This document shows, one piece after another, positions 1-13,010 of a stretch of 64,000 nt of DNA; positions within the stretch are counted from its first letter, which is position 1, and every line of letters begins with the position of its first letter. The notes beneath the pieces were generated by a model that was given only the letters and a program-made list of their open reading frames with translations, was not told the DNA's origin and did no database searches. Location of the stretch: NCBI GenBank assembly GCA_964016885.1, contig OZ024744.1:2666001-2730000 (forward strand), read 5' to 3'. The position numbers and the translations under genes were made by a program. The stretch is from Eledone cirrhosa. Lineage: Eukaryota.

Positions 1-564
1 CGACGTTTTGAGGGAAGACAAGGTAGAGAAAGATAGCTTGGTGAAGAACGACGTTTTGGGGGAAGAAAGGCAGGGAAAGATAGCTTGGTGAAGAACAAAA
101 TTTTGGGGGAAGACAAGGTAGAGAAAGATAGCTTGGTGAAGAACGAAGTATTGAGGGAAGTCTCGGTAGAGAAAGATAGCTTGGTGAAGAACGAAGTTTT
201 GAGGGAAGACAAGGTAGAGAAAGATAGCTTGGTGAAGAACGAGGTTTTGAGGGAAGACAAGGTAGAGAAAGATAGCTTGGTGAAGAACGAAGTTTTGGGG
301 GAAGACAATGTAGAGAAAGATAGATTGCTGAAGAACGAAGTTTTGAGGGACGACAAAGTAGAGAAAGATAGCTTGGTGAAGAACGAAGTTTTGGGAGAAG
401 ACAAGGTCGAGAAAGATAGCTTGGTGAAGAAAGAAATTTTGAGGGAAGACAATGTAGAGAAAGATAGCTTGGTGAAGAACGAAGTTTTGGGGGAAGACAA
501 GGTAGAGAAAGATAGCTTGGTGAAGAACGAAGTTTTGGGGGAAGACAAGGTAGAGAAAGATAGC

Positions 565-3500
565 TTGGTGAAGAACGAAGTTTTGGGGGTAGACAAGGTA
601 GAGAAAGATAGCTTGGTGAAGAACGACGTTTTGAGGGAAGACAAGATAGAGAAAGATAGCTTGGTGAAGAACGACGTTTTGTGGGAAGACAAGGTAGAGA
701 AAGATAGCTTGGTGAAGAACGAAGTTTTGTGGGAAGACAAGGTAGAGAAAGATAGCTTGGTGAAGAACGAAGTTTTGGGGGAAGACAAGGTAGAGAAAGA
801 TAGCTTGGTGAAGAACGAAGTTTTGGGGGAAGACAAGGTAGAGAAAGATAGCTTGGTGAAGAACGAAGTTTTGGGGGAAATCAAGGTAGAGAATAATAGT
901 TTGGTGAAGAACGAAGTTTTGGGGGAAGACAAGGTAGAGAAAGATAGCTTGGTGAAGAACGACGTTTTGAGGGAAGACAAGGTAGAGAAAGATAGCTTGT
1001 TGAAGAACGAAGTTTTGGGGAAGACAATGTAGAGAAAGATAGCTTGGTGAAGAACGAAGTTTTGGGGGAAGACAAGGTAGAGAAAGATAGCTTGGTGAAG
1101 AACTAAGTTTTGGGAGAAAACAAGGTAGAGAAAGATAGCTTGGTGAAGAACGAAGTTTTGAGGGAAGACAAGGTAGAGAAAGATAGCTTGGTGAAGAACG
1201 ACGTTTTGAGGGAAGACAAGGTAGAGAAAGATAGCTTGGTGAAGAACGACGTTTTGTGGGAAGACAAGGTAGAGAAAGATAGCTTGGTGAAGAACGACGT
1301 TTTGGGGGAAGACAAGGTAGAGAAAGATAGCTTGGTGAATAACGAAGTTTTGGGAGAAGACAAGGTCGAGAAAGATAGCTTGGTGAAGAACGAAATTTTG
1401 AGGGAAGACAAGGTAGAGAAAGATAGCTTGGTGAAGAACGACGTTTTGAGGGAAGACAAGATAGAGAAAGATAGCTTGGTGAAGAACGACGTTTTGTGGG
1501 AAGACAAGGTGGAGAAAGATAGCTTGGTGAAGAACGAAGTTTTGGGGGAAGACAAGTTAGAGAAAGATAGCTTGGTGAAGAACGAAGTTTTGGTGGAAGA
1601 CAAGGTAGAGAAAGATAGCTTGGTGAAGAACGATGTTTTGGGGAAGACAATGTAGAGAAAGATAGCTTGGTGAAGAACGAAGTTTTGGGGGAAGACAAGG
1701 TAGAGAAAGATAGCTTGGTGAAGAACGAAGTTTTGAGGGAAGACAAGGTAGAGAAAGATAGCTTGGTGAATAACGAAGTTTTGGGAGAAGACAAGGTAGA
1801 GAAAGATAGTTGGTGAAGAACGAAGTTTTGAGGGAAGACAATTTAGAGAAAGATAGATTGGTGAAGAACGACGTTTTGAGGGAAGACAAGGTAGAGAAAG
1901 ATAGCTTGGTGAAGAACGGCGTTTTGTGGGAAGACAAGGTAGAGAAAGATAGCTTGGTGAAGAACGAAGTTTTGGGGGAAGACAAGGTAGAGAAAGATAG
2001 CTTGGTGAAGAACGAAGTTTTGGGGAAGACAATGTAGAGAAAGATAGCTTGGTGAAGAACGAAGTTTTGGGGGAAGACAAGGTAGAGAAAGATAGCTTGG
2101 TGAAGAACGACGTTTTGAGGGAAGACAAGGTAGAGAAAGATAGCTTGGTGAAGAACGAAGTTTTGGGGAAGACAATGTAGAGAAAGATAGCTTGGTGAAG
2201 AACGAAGTTTTGGGGGAAGACAAGGTAGAGAAAGATAGCTTGGTGAAGAACGAAGTTTTGAGGGAAGACAAGGTAGAGAAAGATAGCTTGGTGAAGAACG
2301 AAGTTTTGAGGGAAGTCAAGGTAGAGAAAGATAGCTTGGTGAAGAACGACGTTTTGAGGGAATACAAGGTAGAGAAAGATACCTTGGTGAAGAACGACGT
2401 TTTGGGGGAAGACAAGGTAGAGAAAGATAGCTTGGTGAAGAACAACGTTTTGGGGGAAGACAAGGAAGAGAAAGATAGCTTGGTGAAGAACGAAGTATTG
2501 AGGGAAGACTCGGTAGAGAAAGATAGCTTGGTGAAGAACGAAGTTTTGAGGGAAGACAAGGTAGAGAAATATAGCTTGGTGAAGAACGAGGTTTTGAGGG
2601 AAGACAAGGTAGAGAAAGATAGCTTGGTGAAGAACGAAGTTTTGGGGGAAGACAAGGTAGAGAAAGATAGCTTCGTGAAGAACGAAGTTTTGAGGGAAGA
2701 CAAGGTAGAGAAATATAGCTTGGTGAAGAACGAAGTTTTGGGGGAAGACAATGTAGAGAAAGATAGATTGCTGAAGAACGAAGTTTTGAGGGACGACAAA
2801 GTAGAGAAAGATAGCTTGGTGAAGAACGAAGTTTTGGGGAAGACAAGGTAGAGAAAGATAGCTTGGTGAAGAACGAAGTTTTGAGGGAAGACTCGGTAGA
2901 GAAAGATAGCTTGGTGAAGAACGAGGTTTTGAGGGAAGACAAGGTAGAGAAAGATAGCTTGGTGAAGAACGACGTTTTGAGGGAAGACAAGGTAGAGAAA
3001 GATAGCTTGGTGAAGAACGACGTTTTGGGGGAAGAAAGGTAGAGAAAGATAGCTTGGTGAAGAACAAAGTTTTGGGGGAAGACAAGGTATAGAAAGATAG
3101 CTTGGTGAAGAACGAAGTATTGAGGGAAGACTCGGTAGAGAAAGATAGCTTGGTGAAGAACGAAGTTTTTAGGGAAGACAAGGTAGAGAAAGATAGCTTG
3201 GTGAAGAACGAGGTTTTGAGGGAAGACAAGGTAGAGAAAGATAGCTTGGTGAAGAACGACGTTTTGGGGGAAGAAAGGTAGAGAAAGATAGCTTGGTGAA
3301 GAACAAAGTTTTGGGGGAAGACAAGGTAGAGAAAGATAGCTTGGTGAAGAACGAAGTGTTGGGGAAGACAATGTAGAGAAAGATAGCTTGGTGAAGAACG
3401 AAGTTTTGGGGGAAGACAAGGTAGAGAAAGATAGCTTGGTGAAGAACGAAGGTTTGAGGGAAGACAAGGTAGAGAAAGATAGCTTGGTGAATAACAAAGT

Positions 3501-6400
3501 TTTGGGAGAAGACAAGGTCGAGAAAGATAGCTTGGTGAAGAACGAAGTTTTGAGGGTAGACAAGGTAGAGAAAGATAGCTTGGTGAAGAACGACGTTTTG
3601 AGGGAAGACAAGATAGAGAAAGATAGCTTGGTGAAGAACGACGTTTTGTGGGAAGACAAGGTAGAGAAAGATAGCTTGGTGAAGAACGAAGTTTTGTGGG
3701 AAGACAAGGTAGAGAAAGATAGCTTGGTGAAGAACGAAGTTTTGGGGGAAGACAAGGTAGAGAAAGATAGCTTGGTGAAGAACGAAGTTTTGGGGGAAGA
3801 CAAGGTAGAGAAAGATAGCTTGGTGAAGAACGAAGTTTTGGGGGAAATCAAGGTAGAGAATAATAGTTTGGTGAAGAACGAAGTTTTGGGGGAAGACAAG
3901 GTAGAGAAAGATAGCTTGGTGAAGAACGACGTTTTGAGGGAAGACAAGGTAGAGAAAGATAGCTTGGTGAAGAACGAAGTTTTGGGGAAGACAATGTAGA
4001 GAAAGATAGCTTGGTGAAGAACGAAGTTTTGGGGGAAGACAAGGTAGAGAAAGATAGCTTGGTGAAGAACTAAGTTTTGGGAGAAAACAAGGTAGAGAAA
4101 GATAGCTTGGTGAAGAACGAAGTTTTGAGGGAAGACAAGGTAGAGAAAGATAGCTTGGTGAAGAACGACGTTTTGAGGGAAGACAAGGTAGAGAAAGATA
4201 GCTTGGTGAAGAACGACGTTTTGTGGGAAGACAAGGTAGAGAAAGATAGCTTGGTGAAGAACGAAGTTTTGGGGGAAGACAAGGTAGAGAAAGATAGCTT
4301 GGTGAATAACGAAGTTTTGGGAGAAGACAAGGTCGAGAAAGATAGCTTGGTGAAGAACGAAATTTTGAGGGAAGCCAAGGTAGAGAAAGATAGCTTGGTG
4401 AAGAACGACGTTTTGAGGGAAGACAAGATAGAGAAAGATAGCTTGGTGAAGAACGACGTTTTGTGGGAAGACAAGGTGGAGAAAGATAGCTTGGTGAAGA
4501 ACGAAGTTTTGGGGGAAGACAAGTTAGAGAAAGATAGCTTGGTGAAGAACGAAGTTTTGGTGGAAGACAAGGTAGAGAAAGATAGCTTGGTGAAGAACGA
4601 TGTTTTGGGGAAGACAATGTAGATAAAGATAGCTTGGTGAAGAACGAAGTTTTGGGGGAAGACAAGGTAGAGAAAGATAGCTTGGTGAAGAACGAAGTTT
4701 TGAGGGAAGACAAGGTAGAGAAAGATAGCTTGGTGAATAACGAAGTTTTGGGAGAAGACAAGGTAGAGAAAGATAGTTGGTGAAGAACGAAGTTTTGAGG
4801 GGAGACAATTTAGAGAAAGATAGATTGGTGAAGAACGACGTTTTGAGGGAAGACAAGGTAGAGAAAGATAGCTTGGTGAAGAACGACGTTTTGTGGGAAG
4901 ACAAGGTAGAGAAAGATAGCTTGGTGAAGAACGAAGTTTTGGGGGAAGACAAGGTAGAGAAAGATAGCTTGGTGAAGAACGAAGTTTTGGGGAAGACAAT
5001 GTAGAGAAAGATAGCTTGGTGAAGAACGAAGTTTTGGGGGAAGACAAGGTAGAGAAAGATAGCTTGGTGAAGAACGAAGTTTTGAGGGAAGACAAGGTAG
5101 AGAAAGATAGCTTGGTGAATAACGAAGTTTTGGGAGAAGACAAGGTAGAGAAAGATAGCTTGGTGAAGAACGACGTTTTGAGGGAAGACAAGGTAGAGAA
5201 AGATAGCTTGGTGAAGAACGAAGTTTTGGGGAAGACAATGTAGAGAAAGATAGCTTGGTGAAGAACGAAGTTTTGGGGGAAGACAAGGTAGAGAAAGATA
5301 GCTTGGTGAAGAACGAAGTTTTGAGGGAAGACAAGGTAGAGAAAGATAGCTTGGTGAAGAACGAAGTTTTGAGGGAAGTCAAGGTAGAGAAAGATAGCTT
5401 GGTGAAGAACGACGTTTTGAGGGAATACAAGGTAGAGAAAGATACCTTGGTGAAGAACGACGTTTTGGGGGAAGACAAGGTAGAGAAAGATAGCTTGGTG
5501 AAGAACAACGTTTTGGGGGAAGACAAGGAAGAGAAAGATAGCTTGGTGAAGAACGAAGTATTGAGGGAAGACTCGGTAGAGAAAGAGAGCTTGGTGAAGA
5601 ACGAAGTTTTGAGGGAAGACAAGGTAGAGAAATATAGCTTGGTGAAGAACGAGGTTTTGAGGGAAGACAAGGTAGAGAAAGATAGCTTGGTGAAGAACGA
5701 AGTTTTGGGGGAAGACAAGGTAGAGAAAGATAGCTTCGTGAAGAACGAAGTTTTGAGGGAAGACAAGGTAGAGAAAGATAGCTTGGTGAAGAACGAAGTT
5801 TTGGGGGAAGACAATGTAGAGAAAGATAGATTGCTGAAGAACGAAGTTTTGAGGGACGACAAAGTAGAGAAAGATAGCTTGGTGAAGAACGAAGTTTTGG
5901 GGAAGACAAGGTAGAGAAAGATAGCTTGGTGAAGAACGAAGTTTTGAGGGAAGACAAGGTAGAGAAAGATAGCTTGGTGAAGAACGAGGTTTTGAGGGAA
6001 GACAAGGTAGAGAAAGATAGCTTGGTGAAGAACGACGTTTTGAGGGAAGACAAGGTAGAGAAAGATAGCTTGGTGAAGAACGACGTTTTGGGGGAAGAAA
6101 GGTAGAGAAAGATAGCTTGGTGAAGAACAAAGTTTTGGGGGAAGACAAGGTATAGAAAGATAGCTTGGTGAAGAATGAAGTATTGAGGGAAGACTCGGTA
6201 GAGAAAGATAGCTTGGTGAAGAACGAAGTTTTGAGGGAAGACAAGGTAGAGAAAGATAGCTTGGTGAAGAACGAGGTTTTGAGGGAAGACAAGGTAGAGA
6301 AAGATAGCTTGGTGAAGAACGACGTTTTGGGGGAAGAAAGGTAGAGAAAGATAGCTTGGTGAAGAACAAAGTTTTGGGGGAAGACAAGGTAGAGAAAGAT
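565..6400 (+). repeat. ~3-kb duplicated block (offset 2967 bp = 62 monomers, then 3063 bp = 64 monomers after a 2-monomer gain)
   Basis: Rare markers are paired: AAATCAAGG/AATAATAGT at ~881 and ~3848, AACTAAG at 1103 and 4070, and the GAATACAAG/GATACC block starting at 2192 and 5255. Confidence 0.8.
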
Positions 6401-9400
6401 AGCTTGGTGAAGAACGAAGTATTGAGGGAAGATTCGGTAGAGAAAGATAGCTTGGTGAAGAACGAAGTTTTGAGGGAAGACAAGGTAGAGATAGATAGCT
6501 TGGTGAAGAACGAGGTTTTGAGGGAAGACAAGGTAGAGAAAGATAGCTTGGTGAAGAACGAAGTTTTGGGGGAAGACAATGTAGAGAAAGATAGCTTGGT
6601 GAAGAACGAAGTTTTGAGGGAAGACAAGGTAGAGAAAGATAGCTTGGTGAAGAACGAAGTTTTGAGGGAAGACAAGGTAGAGAAAGATAGCTTGGTGAAG
6701 AACGAAGTTTTGGGGGAAGACAAGGTAGAGAAAGATAGCTTGGTGAAGAACGATGTTTTGAGGGAAGACAAGGTAGAGAAACATAGCTTGGTGAAGAACG
6801 AAGTTTTGGGGGAAGACAATGTAGAGAAAGATAGCTTGGTGAAGAACGAAGTTTTGAGGGACGACAAAGTAGAGAAAGATAGCTTGGTGAAGAACGAAGT
6901 TTTGGGGAAGACAAGGTAGAGAAAGATAGCTTGGTGAAGAACGAAATTTTGGGGGAAGACAAGGTAGAGAAATATAGCTTGGTGAAGAACGAAGTTTTGA
7001 GGGAAGACAAGGTAGAGAAAGATAGCTTGGTGAAGAACGAAGTTTTGAGGGAAGTCAAGGTAGAGAAAGATAGCTTGGTGAAGAACGACGTTTTGAGGGA
7101 AGACAAGGTAGAGAAAGATAGCTTGGTGAAGAACGACGTTTTGGGGGAAGACAAGGTAGAGAAAGATAGCTTGGTGATGAACAACGTTTTGGGGGAAGAC
7201 AAGGTAGAGAAAGATAGCTTGGTGAAGAACGAAGTATTGAGGGAAGACTAGCTAGAGAAAGATAGTTGGTGAAGAACGAAGATTTGAGGGAAGACAAGGT
7301 AGAGAAAGATAGCTTGGTGAAGAACGACGTTTTGAGGGAAGACAAGGTAGAGAAAGATAGCTTGGTGAAGAACGACGTTTTGGGGGAAGAAAGGCAGGGA
7401 AAGATAGCTTGGTGAAGAACAAAATTTTGGGGGAAGACAAGGTAGAGAAAGATAGCTTGGTGAAGAACGAAGTATTGAGGGAAGTCTCGGTAGAGAAAGA
7501 TAGCTTGGTGAAGAACGAAGTTTTGAGGGAAGACAAGGTAGAGAAAGATAGCTTGGTGAAGAACGAGGTTTTGAGGGAAGACAAGGTAGAGAAAGATAGC
7601 TTGGTGAAGAACGAAGTTTTGGGGGAAGACAATGTAGAGAAAGATAGATTGCTGAAGAACGAAGTTTTGAGGGACGACAAAGTAGAGAAAGATAGCTTGG
7701 TGAAGAACGAAGTTTTGGGAGAAGACAAGGTCGAGAAAGATAGCTTGGTGAAGAAAGAAATTTTGAGGGAAGACAATGTAGAGAAAGATAGCTTGGTGAA
7801 GAACGAAGTTTTGGGGGAAGACAAGGTAGAGAAAGATAGCTTGGTGAAGAACGAAGTTTTGGCGGAAGACAAGGTAGAGAAAGATAGCTTGGTGAAGAAC
7901 GAAGTTTTGGGGGAAGACAAGGTAGAGAAAGATAGCTTGGTGAAGAACGAAGTTTTGGGGGAAGACAAGGTAGAGAAAGATAGCTTGGTGAAGAACGAAG
8001 TTTTGTGGAAGACAATGTAGAGAAAGATAGCTTGGTGAAGAACGAAGTTTTGGGGAAGACAAGGTAGAGAAAGATAGCTTGGTGAATAACGAAGTTTTGG
8101 GAGAAGACAAGGTAGAGAAAGATAGCTTGGTGAAGAACGAAGTTTTGAGGGAAGACAAGGTAGAGAAAGATAGCTTGGTTAAGAACGACATTTTGAGGGA
8201 AGACAAGGTAGAGAAAGATAGCTTGGTGAAGAACGACGTTTTGTGGGAAGACAAGGTAGAGAAAGATAGCTTGGTGAAGAACGAAGTTTTGGGGGAAGAC
8301 AAGGTAGAGAAAGATAGCTTGGTGAAGAACGAAGTTTTGGGGGAAGACAAGGTAGAGAAAGATAGGTTGGTGAAGAACGAAGTTTTGGGGGAAGACAAGG
8401 TAGAGAAAGATAGCTTGGTGAAGAACGAAGTGTTGGGGAAGACAATGTAGAGAAAGATAGCTTGGTGAAGAACGAAGTTTTGGGGGAAGACAAGGTAGAG
8501 AAAGATAGCTTGGTGAAGAACGAAGGTTTGAGGGAAGACAAGGTAGAGAAAGATAGCTTGGTGAATAACAAAGTTTTGGGAGAAGACAAGGTCGAGAAAG
8601 ATAGCTCGGTGAAGAACGAAGTTTTGAGGGTAGACAAGGTAGAGAAAGATAGCTTGGTGAAGAACGACGTTTTGAGGGAAGACAAGATAGAGAAAGATAG
8701 CTTGGTGAAGAACGACGTTTTGTGGGAAGACAAGGTAGAGAAAGATAGCTTGGTGAAGAACGAAGTTTTGTGGGAAGACAAGGTAGAGAAAGATAGCTTG
8801 GTGAAGAACGAAGTTTTGGGGGAAGACAAGGTAGAGAAAGATAGCTTGGTGAAGAACGAAGTTTTTGGGGAAGACAAGGTAGAGAAAGATAGCTTGGTGA
8901 AGAACGAAGTTTTGGGGGAAATCAAGGTAGAGAATAATAGTTTGGTGAAGAACGAAGTTTTGGGGGAAGACAAGGTAGAGAAAGATAGCTTGGTGAAGAA
9001 CGACGTTTTGAGGGAAGACAAGGTAGAGAAAGATAGCTTGGTGAAGAACGAAGTTTTGGGGAAGACAATGTAGAGAAAGATAGCTTGGTGAAGAACGAAG
9101 TTTTGGGGGAAGACAAGGTAGAGAAAGATAGTTTGGTGAAGAACTAAGTTTTGGGAGAAAACAAGGTAGAGAAAGATAGCTTGGTGAATAACGAAGTTTT
9201 GGGAGAAGACAAGGTCGAGAAAGATAGCTTGGTGAAGAACGAAATTTTGAGGGAAGACAAGGTAGAGAAAGATAGCTTGGTGAAGAACGACGTTTTGAGG
9301 GAAGACAAGATAGAGAAAGATAGCTTGGTGAAGAACGACGTTTTGTGGGAAGACAAGGTGGAGAAAGATAGCTTGGTGAAGAACGAAGTTTTGGGGGAAG

Positions 9401-12400
9401 ATAAGTTAGAGAAAGATAGCTTGGTGAAGAACGAAGTTTTGGTGGAAGACAAGGTAGAGAAAGATAGCTTGGTGAAGAACGATGTTTTGGGGAAGACAAT
9501 GTAGAGAAAGATAGCTTGGTGAAGAACGAAGTTTTGGGGGAAGACAAGGCAGAGAAAGATAGCTTGGTGAAGACCGAAGTTTTGAGGGAAGACAAGGTAG
9601 AGAAAGATAGCTTGGTGAATAACGAAGTTTTGGGAGAAGACAAGGTAGAGAAAGATAGTTGGTGAAGAACGAAGTTTTGAGGGAAGACAATTTAGAGAAA
9701 GATAGATTGGTGAAGAACGACGTTTTGAGGGAAGACAAGGTAGAGAAAGATAGCTTGGTGAAGAACGACGTTTTCTGGGAAGACAAGGTAGAGAAAGATA
9801 GCTTGGTGAAGAACGAAGTTTTGGGGGAAGACAAGGTAGAGAAAGATAGCTTGGTGAAGAACGAAGTTTTGGGGGAAGACAAGGTAGAGAAAGATAGCTT
9901 GGTGAAGAACGAAGTTTTGAGGGAAGACAAGGTAGATAAGATAGCTTGGTGAATAACGAAGTTTTGGGAGAAGACAAGGTAGAGAAAGATAGCTTGGTGA
10001 AGAACGACGTTTTGAGGGAAGACAAGGTAGAGAAAGATAGCTTGGTGAAGAACGAAGTTTTGGGGAAGACAATGTAGAGAAAGATAGCTTGGTGAAGAAC
10101 GAAGTTTTGGGGGAAGACAAGGTAGAGAAAGATAGCTTGGTGAAGAACGAAGTATTGAGGGAAGACAAGGTAGAGAAAGATAGCTTGGTGAAGAACGAAG
10201 TTTTGAGGGAAGTCAAGGTAGAGAAAGATAGCTTGGTGAAGAACGACGTTTTGAGGGAAGACAAGGTAGAGAAAGATAGCTTGGTGAAGAACGACGTTTT
10301 GGGGGAAGACAAGGTAGAGAAAGATAGCTTGGTGAAGAACAACGTTTTGGGGGAAGACAAGGAAGAGAAAGATAGCTTGGTGAAGAACGAAGTATTGAGG
10401 GAAGACTCGGTAGAGAAAGATAGCTTGGTGAAGAACGAAGTTTTGAGGGAAGACAAGGTAGAGAAATATAGCTTGGTGAAGAACGAGGTTTTGAGGGAAG
10501 ACAAGGTAGAGAAAGATAGCTTGGTGAAGAACGAAGTTTTGGGGGAAGACAAGGTAGAGAAATATAGCTTCGTGAAGAACGAAGTTTTGGGGGAAGACAA
10601 GGTAGAGAAAGATAGCTTGGTGAAGAACGAAGTTTTGAGGGAAGACAAGGTAGAGAAAGATAGCTTGGTGAAGAACGAAGTTTTGAGGGAACTCAAGGTA
10701 GAGAAAGATAGCTTGGTGAAGAACGACGTTTTGAGGGAAGACAAGGTAGAGAAAGATAGCTTGGTGAAGAACGACGTTTTGGGGGAAGACAAGGTAGAGA
10801 AAGATAGCTTGGTGAAGAACAACGTTTTGGGGGAAGACAAGGAAGAGAAAGATAGCTTGGTGAAGAACGAAGTATTGAGGGAAGACTCGGTAGAGAAAGA
10901 TAGCTTGGTGAAGAACGAAGTTTTGAGGGAAGACAAGGTAGAGAAATATAGCTTGGTGAAGAACGAGGTTTTGAGGGAAGACAAGGTAGAGAAAGATAGC
11001 TTGGTGAAGAACGAAGTTTTGGGGGAAGACAAGGTAGAGAAATATAGCTTCGTGAAGAACGAAGTTTTGAGGGAAGACAAGGTAGAGAAAGATAGCTTGG
11101 TGAAGAACGAAGTTTTGGGGGAAGACAATGTAGAGAAAGATAGATTGCTGAAGAACGAAGTTTTGAGGGACGACAAAGTAGAGAAAGATAGCTTGGTGAA
11201 GAACGAAGTTTTGGGGAAGACAAGGTAGAGAAAGATAGCTTGGTGAAGAACGAAGTTTTGAGGGAAGACAAGGTAGAGAAAGATAGCTTGGTGAAGAACG
11301 AGGTTTTGAGGGAAGACAAGGTAGAGAAAGATAGCTTGGTGAAGAACGACGTTTTGAGGGAAGACAAGGTAGAGAAAGATAGCTTGGTGAAGAACGACGT
11401 TTTGGGGGAAGAAAGGTAGAGAAAGATAGCTTGGTGAAGAACAAAGTTTTGGGGGAAGACAAGGTATAGAAAGATAGCTTGGTGAAGAACGAAGTATTGA
11501 GGGAAGACTCGGTAGAGAAAGATAGCTTGGTGAAGAACGAAGTTTTGAGGGAAGACAAGGTAGAGAAAGATAGCTTGGTGAAGAACGAGGTTTTGAGGGA
11601 AGACAAGGTAGAGAAAGATAGCTTGGTGAAGAACGACGTTTTGGGGGAAGAAAGGTAGAGAAAGATAGCTTGGTGAAGAACAAAGTTTTGGGGGAAGACA
11701 AGGTAGAGAAAGATAGCTTGGTGAAGAACGAAGTATTGAGGGAAGATTCGGTAGAGAAAGATAGCTTGGTGAAGAACGAAGTTTTGAGGGAAGACAAGGT
11801 AGAGATAGATAGCTTGGTGAAGAACGAGGTTTTGAGGGAAGACAAGGTAGAGAAAGATAGCTTGGTGAAGAACGAAGTTTTGGGGGAAGACAATGTAGAG
11901 AAAGATAGCTTGGTGAAGAACGAAGTTTTGAGGGAAGACAAGGTAGAGAAAGATAGCTTGGTGAAGAACGAAGTTTTGAGGGAAGACAAGGTAGAGAAAG
12001 ATAGCTTGGTGAAGAACGAAGTTTTGGGGGAAGACAAGGTAGAGAAAGATAGCTTGGTGAAGAACGATGTTTTGAGGGAAGACAAGGTAGAGAAACATAG
12101 CTTGGTGAAGAACGAAGTTTTGGGGGAAGACAATGTAGAGAAAGATAGCTTGGTGAAGAACGAAGTTTTGAGGGACGACAAAGTAGAGAAAGATAGCTTG
12201 GTGAAGAACGAAATTTTGGGGGAAGACAAGGTAGAGAAATATAGCTTGGTGAAGAACGAAGTTTTGAGGGAAGACAAGGTAGAGAAAGATAGCTTGGTGA
12301 AGAACGAAGTTTTGAGGGAAGTCAAGGTAGAGAAAGATAGCTTGGTGAAGAACGACGTTTTGAGGGAAGACAAGGTAGAGAAAGATAGCTTGGTGAAGAA

Positions 12401-12960
12401 CGACGTTTTGGGGGAAGACAAGGTAGAGAAAGATAGCTTGGTGAAGAACAACGTTTTGGGGGAAGACAAGGTAGAGAAAGATAGCTTGGTGAAGAACGAA
12501 GTATTGAGGGAAGACTAGCTAGAGAAAGATAGTTGGTGAAGAACGAAGTTTTGAGGGAAGACAAGGTAGAGAAAGATAGCTTGGTGAAGAACGACGTTTT
12601 GAGGGAAGACAAGGTAGAGAAAGATAGCTTGGTGAAGAACGACGTTTTGGGGGAAGAAAGGCAGGGAAATATAGCTTGGTGAAGAACAAAATTTTGGGGG
12701 AAGACAAGGTAGAGAAAGATAGCTTGGTGAAGAACGAAGTATTGAGGGAAGTCTCGGTAGAGAAAGATAGCTTGGTGAAGAACGAAGTTTTGAGGGAAGA
12801 CAAGGTAGAGAAAGATAGCTTGGTGAAGAACGAGGTTTTGAGGGAAGACAAGGTAGAGAAAGATAGCTTGGTGAAGAACGAAGTTTTGGGGGAAGACAAT
12901 GTAGAGAAAGATAGATTGCTGAAGAACGAAGTTTTGAGGGACGACAAAGTAGAGAAAGAT
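3340..12960 (+). repeat. ~5.1-5.3-kb diverged duplication with internal whole-monomer indels
   Basis: Matching variant blocks: 3388/8462 and 4077/9151 (offset 5074), 4777/9659 (4882), 5255/10089 (4834), 6356/11670 (5314) and 7409/12676 (5267). Shared private variants include GATTCGG, AGAGATAGAT, AAACATAGC and GACTAGCTAG. Confidence 0.75.
10089..11050 (+). repeat. 480-bp (10-monomer) tandem duplication
   Basis: Lines 10321/10801, 10381/10861, 10441/10921 and 10501/10981 are identical. AAATATAGCTTCGTG occurs at ~10560 and ~11040. Confidence 0.88.
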
Positions 12961-13010
12961 AGCTTGGTGAAGAACGAAGTTTTGGGGAAGACAAGGTAGA
13001 GAAAGATAGC

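Noticed and set aside
1012-1032. Programmed -1 frameshift at T_TTG_GGG restoring the frame in 47-bp monomers, or ATG-TAG micro-ORFs
   Set aside because: It formally fits X_XXY_YYZ, but canonical sites have Y = A/U. The same heptamer is in intact 48-bp monomers, where slipping would break the frame. Other deletions and stops would remain unrescued. ATGTAG results from a single G>T change.
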